DNA of 64,000 nucleotides from NCBI RefSeq assembly GCF_001194135.2, contig NC_068981.1, positions 103,655,894 through 103,719,893 on the forward strand, given 5' to 3'. Within the stretch, counting starts at the first letter, position 1; each line of letters opens with the position of its first letter. Position numbers and translations under genes: made by a program. Origin of the DNA: Octopus bimaculoides (taxonomy: Eukaryota). Below the pieces are notes generated by a model. That model was given only the letters and a program-made list of their open reading frames with translations. It had not been told where the DNA came from and ran no database searches. This document shows positions 62,050 through 64,000 of this stretch, in pieces.

Positions 62050-64000
62050 TGTTTACACTATTTCCATGTGGACAACATTGTTGTTGTTGGCACTCCGTCG
62101 CTTACGACGTCGAGGGTTCCAGTTGATCCGATCAACGGAACAGCCTGCTCGTGAAATTAAAGTGCAAGTGGCTGAGCACTCCACAGACACGTGTACCCTT
62201 AACGTAGTTCTCGGGGATATTCAGCGTGACACAGTGTGACAAGGCTGACCCTTTGAATTACAGGCACAACAGAAACAGGATGTAAGAGTGAGAGAAAGAG
62301 TACAGCAAGGTTCGCCACCATCCCCTGCCGGAGTCTCGTGGAGCTTTAGGTGTTTTCGCTCAATAAACACTCACAACGCCCGATCTTGGAATCGAAACCG
62401 CGATCCTATGACCGCGAGCCCGCTGCCCTAACCAGTGGGCCATTGCGCCTCCACTTCCATGTGGACAACATTACGCATAAGTCTTCTCACATTTTCATTA
62501 GGACGTCTGCTTTTTCCTGATCTGGTAGATTCTTTTTGATCAGCAAATATTTTAAGATTCACTGGATCCCCTAAGAGCGACATGTAACTGGCCATGAGTA
62601 AATACGGGCGCAGACATGTAGATGCCGCACTTAGAAAGGCTTTGTCCTTGACTTTTGTTTATAGACATCGCGAAAGCAAGTCTCACTGGAATTTGGCGTC
62701 TTTTCAAAGTAAAGAGCAAATCGGTATCAGATGGTTGCATAATAATGCGGGGAATCAAAGTGTGCGTCCTGCATCAACAACAGTTATTTTACTTGCAGTG
62801 ATCATGTTATCTAACACCGATAAGATTCTATAACGTGCGCCATTACAGTGCCCATTTCTCTGATCTAAGTTTCTTAGCAACATTATAGGAACACCCGTTT
62901 TTAATTTGATAATGTGAGGTGGCATGCCACTTATATTAAGAGAATTCAGAAATTTCAGGAGGATAGAGAGCAGATTGTTGATCTTCTGCCACGGAATCAA
63001 TATTACTCGGAGTATATGTCTCACCTGGAAATTCCTGGATTATGTGGTTATTTAGATTGTCAATTTCTTCATTCTTTGTTGTTAATATTACTCGTGATGA
63101 CAACCAGTGAGTATTGTTAAAATTAACCTCTAAATCTTCATAGACATGATTGATCAAATCCTCCTTGTTGTTGACTTGAAATGACTGAAGAATCTCTATT
63201 ACATCATCATATAATTGTCTTTGAACATTGGGAATTCTTCCAGCAACCAACTTGCAATAACCAAACAGAATGATATGCCAGTCGAGCTTGAGAGGTGGTA
63301 TCCTAATTGCTGAGAGAATTTTGCACTCTCATATTAGTGGGGAGATGAAGTACTTTGCATTCGTGCCAAATTACAGATTTTTTCAAACATGCTCCAATTA
63401 GAGAATACCTTTATGCTCTTCGAACCTCTAGAAGAATTTGATGGAAATCACTACCTAAAATTACCAATTTGCCGCCAAAGATCAAGTCGTTGTTCATTAC
63501 ATCCTTCAGTGGTCGATTCAGTGCTTCAAATAGAAAGCTATGACACATAGGTGCCTCGTCCCAAACAATCAAGCGTGCATCATGAAGCAAATGGACAATG
63601 ACATCAAGGGAAGATATTTTGCATGTTGAATTACAGTTTACTGGTATGGGAAGCTTGAATCGAGAGTGAGCAGTGCGACCTAGCTTCAATAGTGTCGCAG
63701 CAATGCCTGAAGGCGCCGTCGCAATAGCTAGTTGGTTGTTCTTTCGCACATAAGACAGTAATATATTAATAAGAAAAGTTTTGCCAGTACCCCTAGGTGC
63801 ATCAATAAATATCAAACCACCTTCATTTCTACCAATTCTCTGTTGAATATTTTTTTAAATGATTCTCTGGTCATTATTTAGCATATGGATGTTAGTATGG
63901 AAAAATTCTTCTGCATATGGATCTATCTCATCATCATGAAGTAGAACATTATTCATTCGGAGATCATGAATATCAGCAGGCAATCTAAAACATATTGTAC
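62050..64000 (-). mobile_element. Helitron RepHel pseudogene, PIF1-family helicase domain (frameshifted)
   Basis: FIDAPRGTGKT (Walker A, G>R), IVWDEAPM, FGGKLVILGSDFHQIL, ILTTKN, PPHIIKLKTGVPIMLLRNLD..NGHCNGARY, RRQIPVRLAFAMSINKSQGQSL, VFTHGQLHVAL; ends NVVHME|IV* across the SINE insertion. Confidence 0.95.
62080..62454 (-). mobile_element. Young full-length tRNA-derived SINE (family C; OR-type tRNA-Arg-like head) with an 18-bp TSD
   Basis: Minus-strand head gtggaggcgcaatggcccactggttagggcagcgggctcgcgg..ggtttcgattcc (A/B boxes); (AAC)n tail; TSD ttccatgtggacaacatt at 62062-62079 and 62455-62472. Confidence 0.93.

Overview
AT-rich, repeat-saturated eukaryotic DNA with many microsatellite-flanked assembly gaps. 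The SINE families point to an octopod cephalopod (Octopus sp.; inference). No complete host gene can be identified, and almost all ORF-track entries are microsatellite or N-gap artefacts. Recognisable content: (1) at least three tRNA-derived SINE families in dozens of copies, including nested insertions with target-site duplications; (2) two families of restriction-like-endonuclease (RLE) non-LTR retrotransposons whose 5' junctions all sit in microsatellites, one in (AAT)n (Dong/R4-like) and one in (ACAT)n; (3) RTE LINE remnants; (4) a decayed Helitron PIF1 helicase at the right end and a Helitron 3' terminus at the left end; (5) Tc1/pogo- and hAT-type MITEs. Best leads: microsatellite-targeted LINEs apparently using SINE-borne repeats as landing pads, a decayed ND1/NuoH-like fragment (possible old NUMT or foreign DNA), a 33-bp pre-miRNA-like hairpin, a decayed hammerhead-like fold, an 800-bp fold-back, a 121-bp templated insertion, and several short candidate exons of unidentified genes. 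All assignments are by eye; no database search was run.
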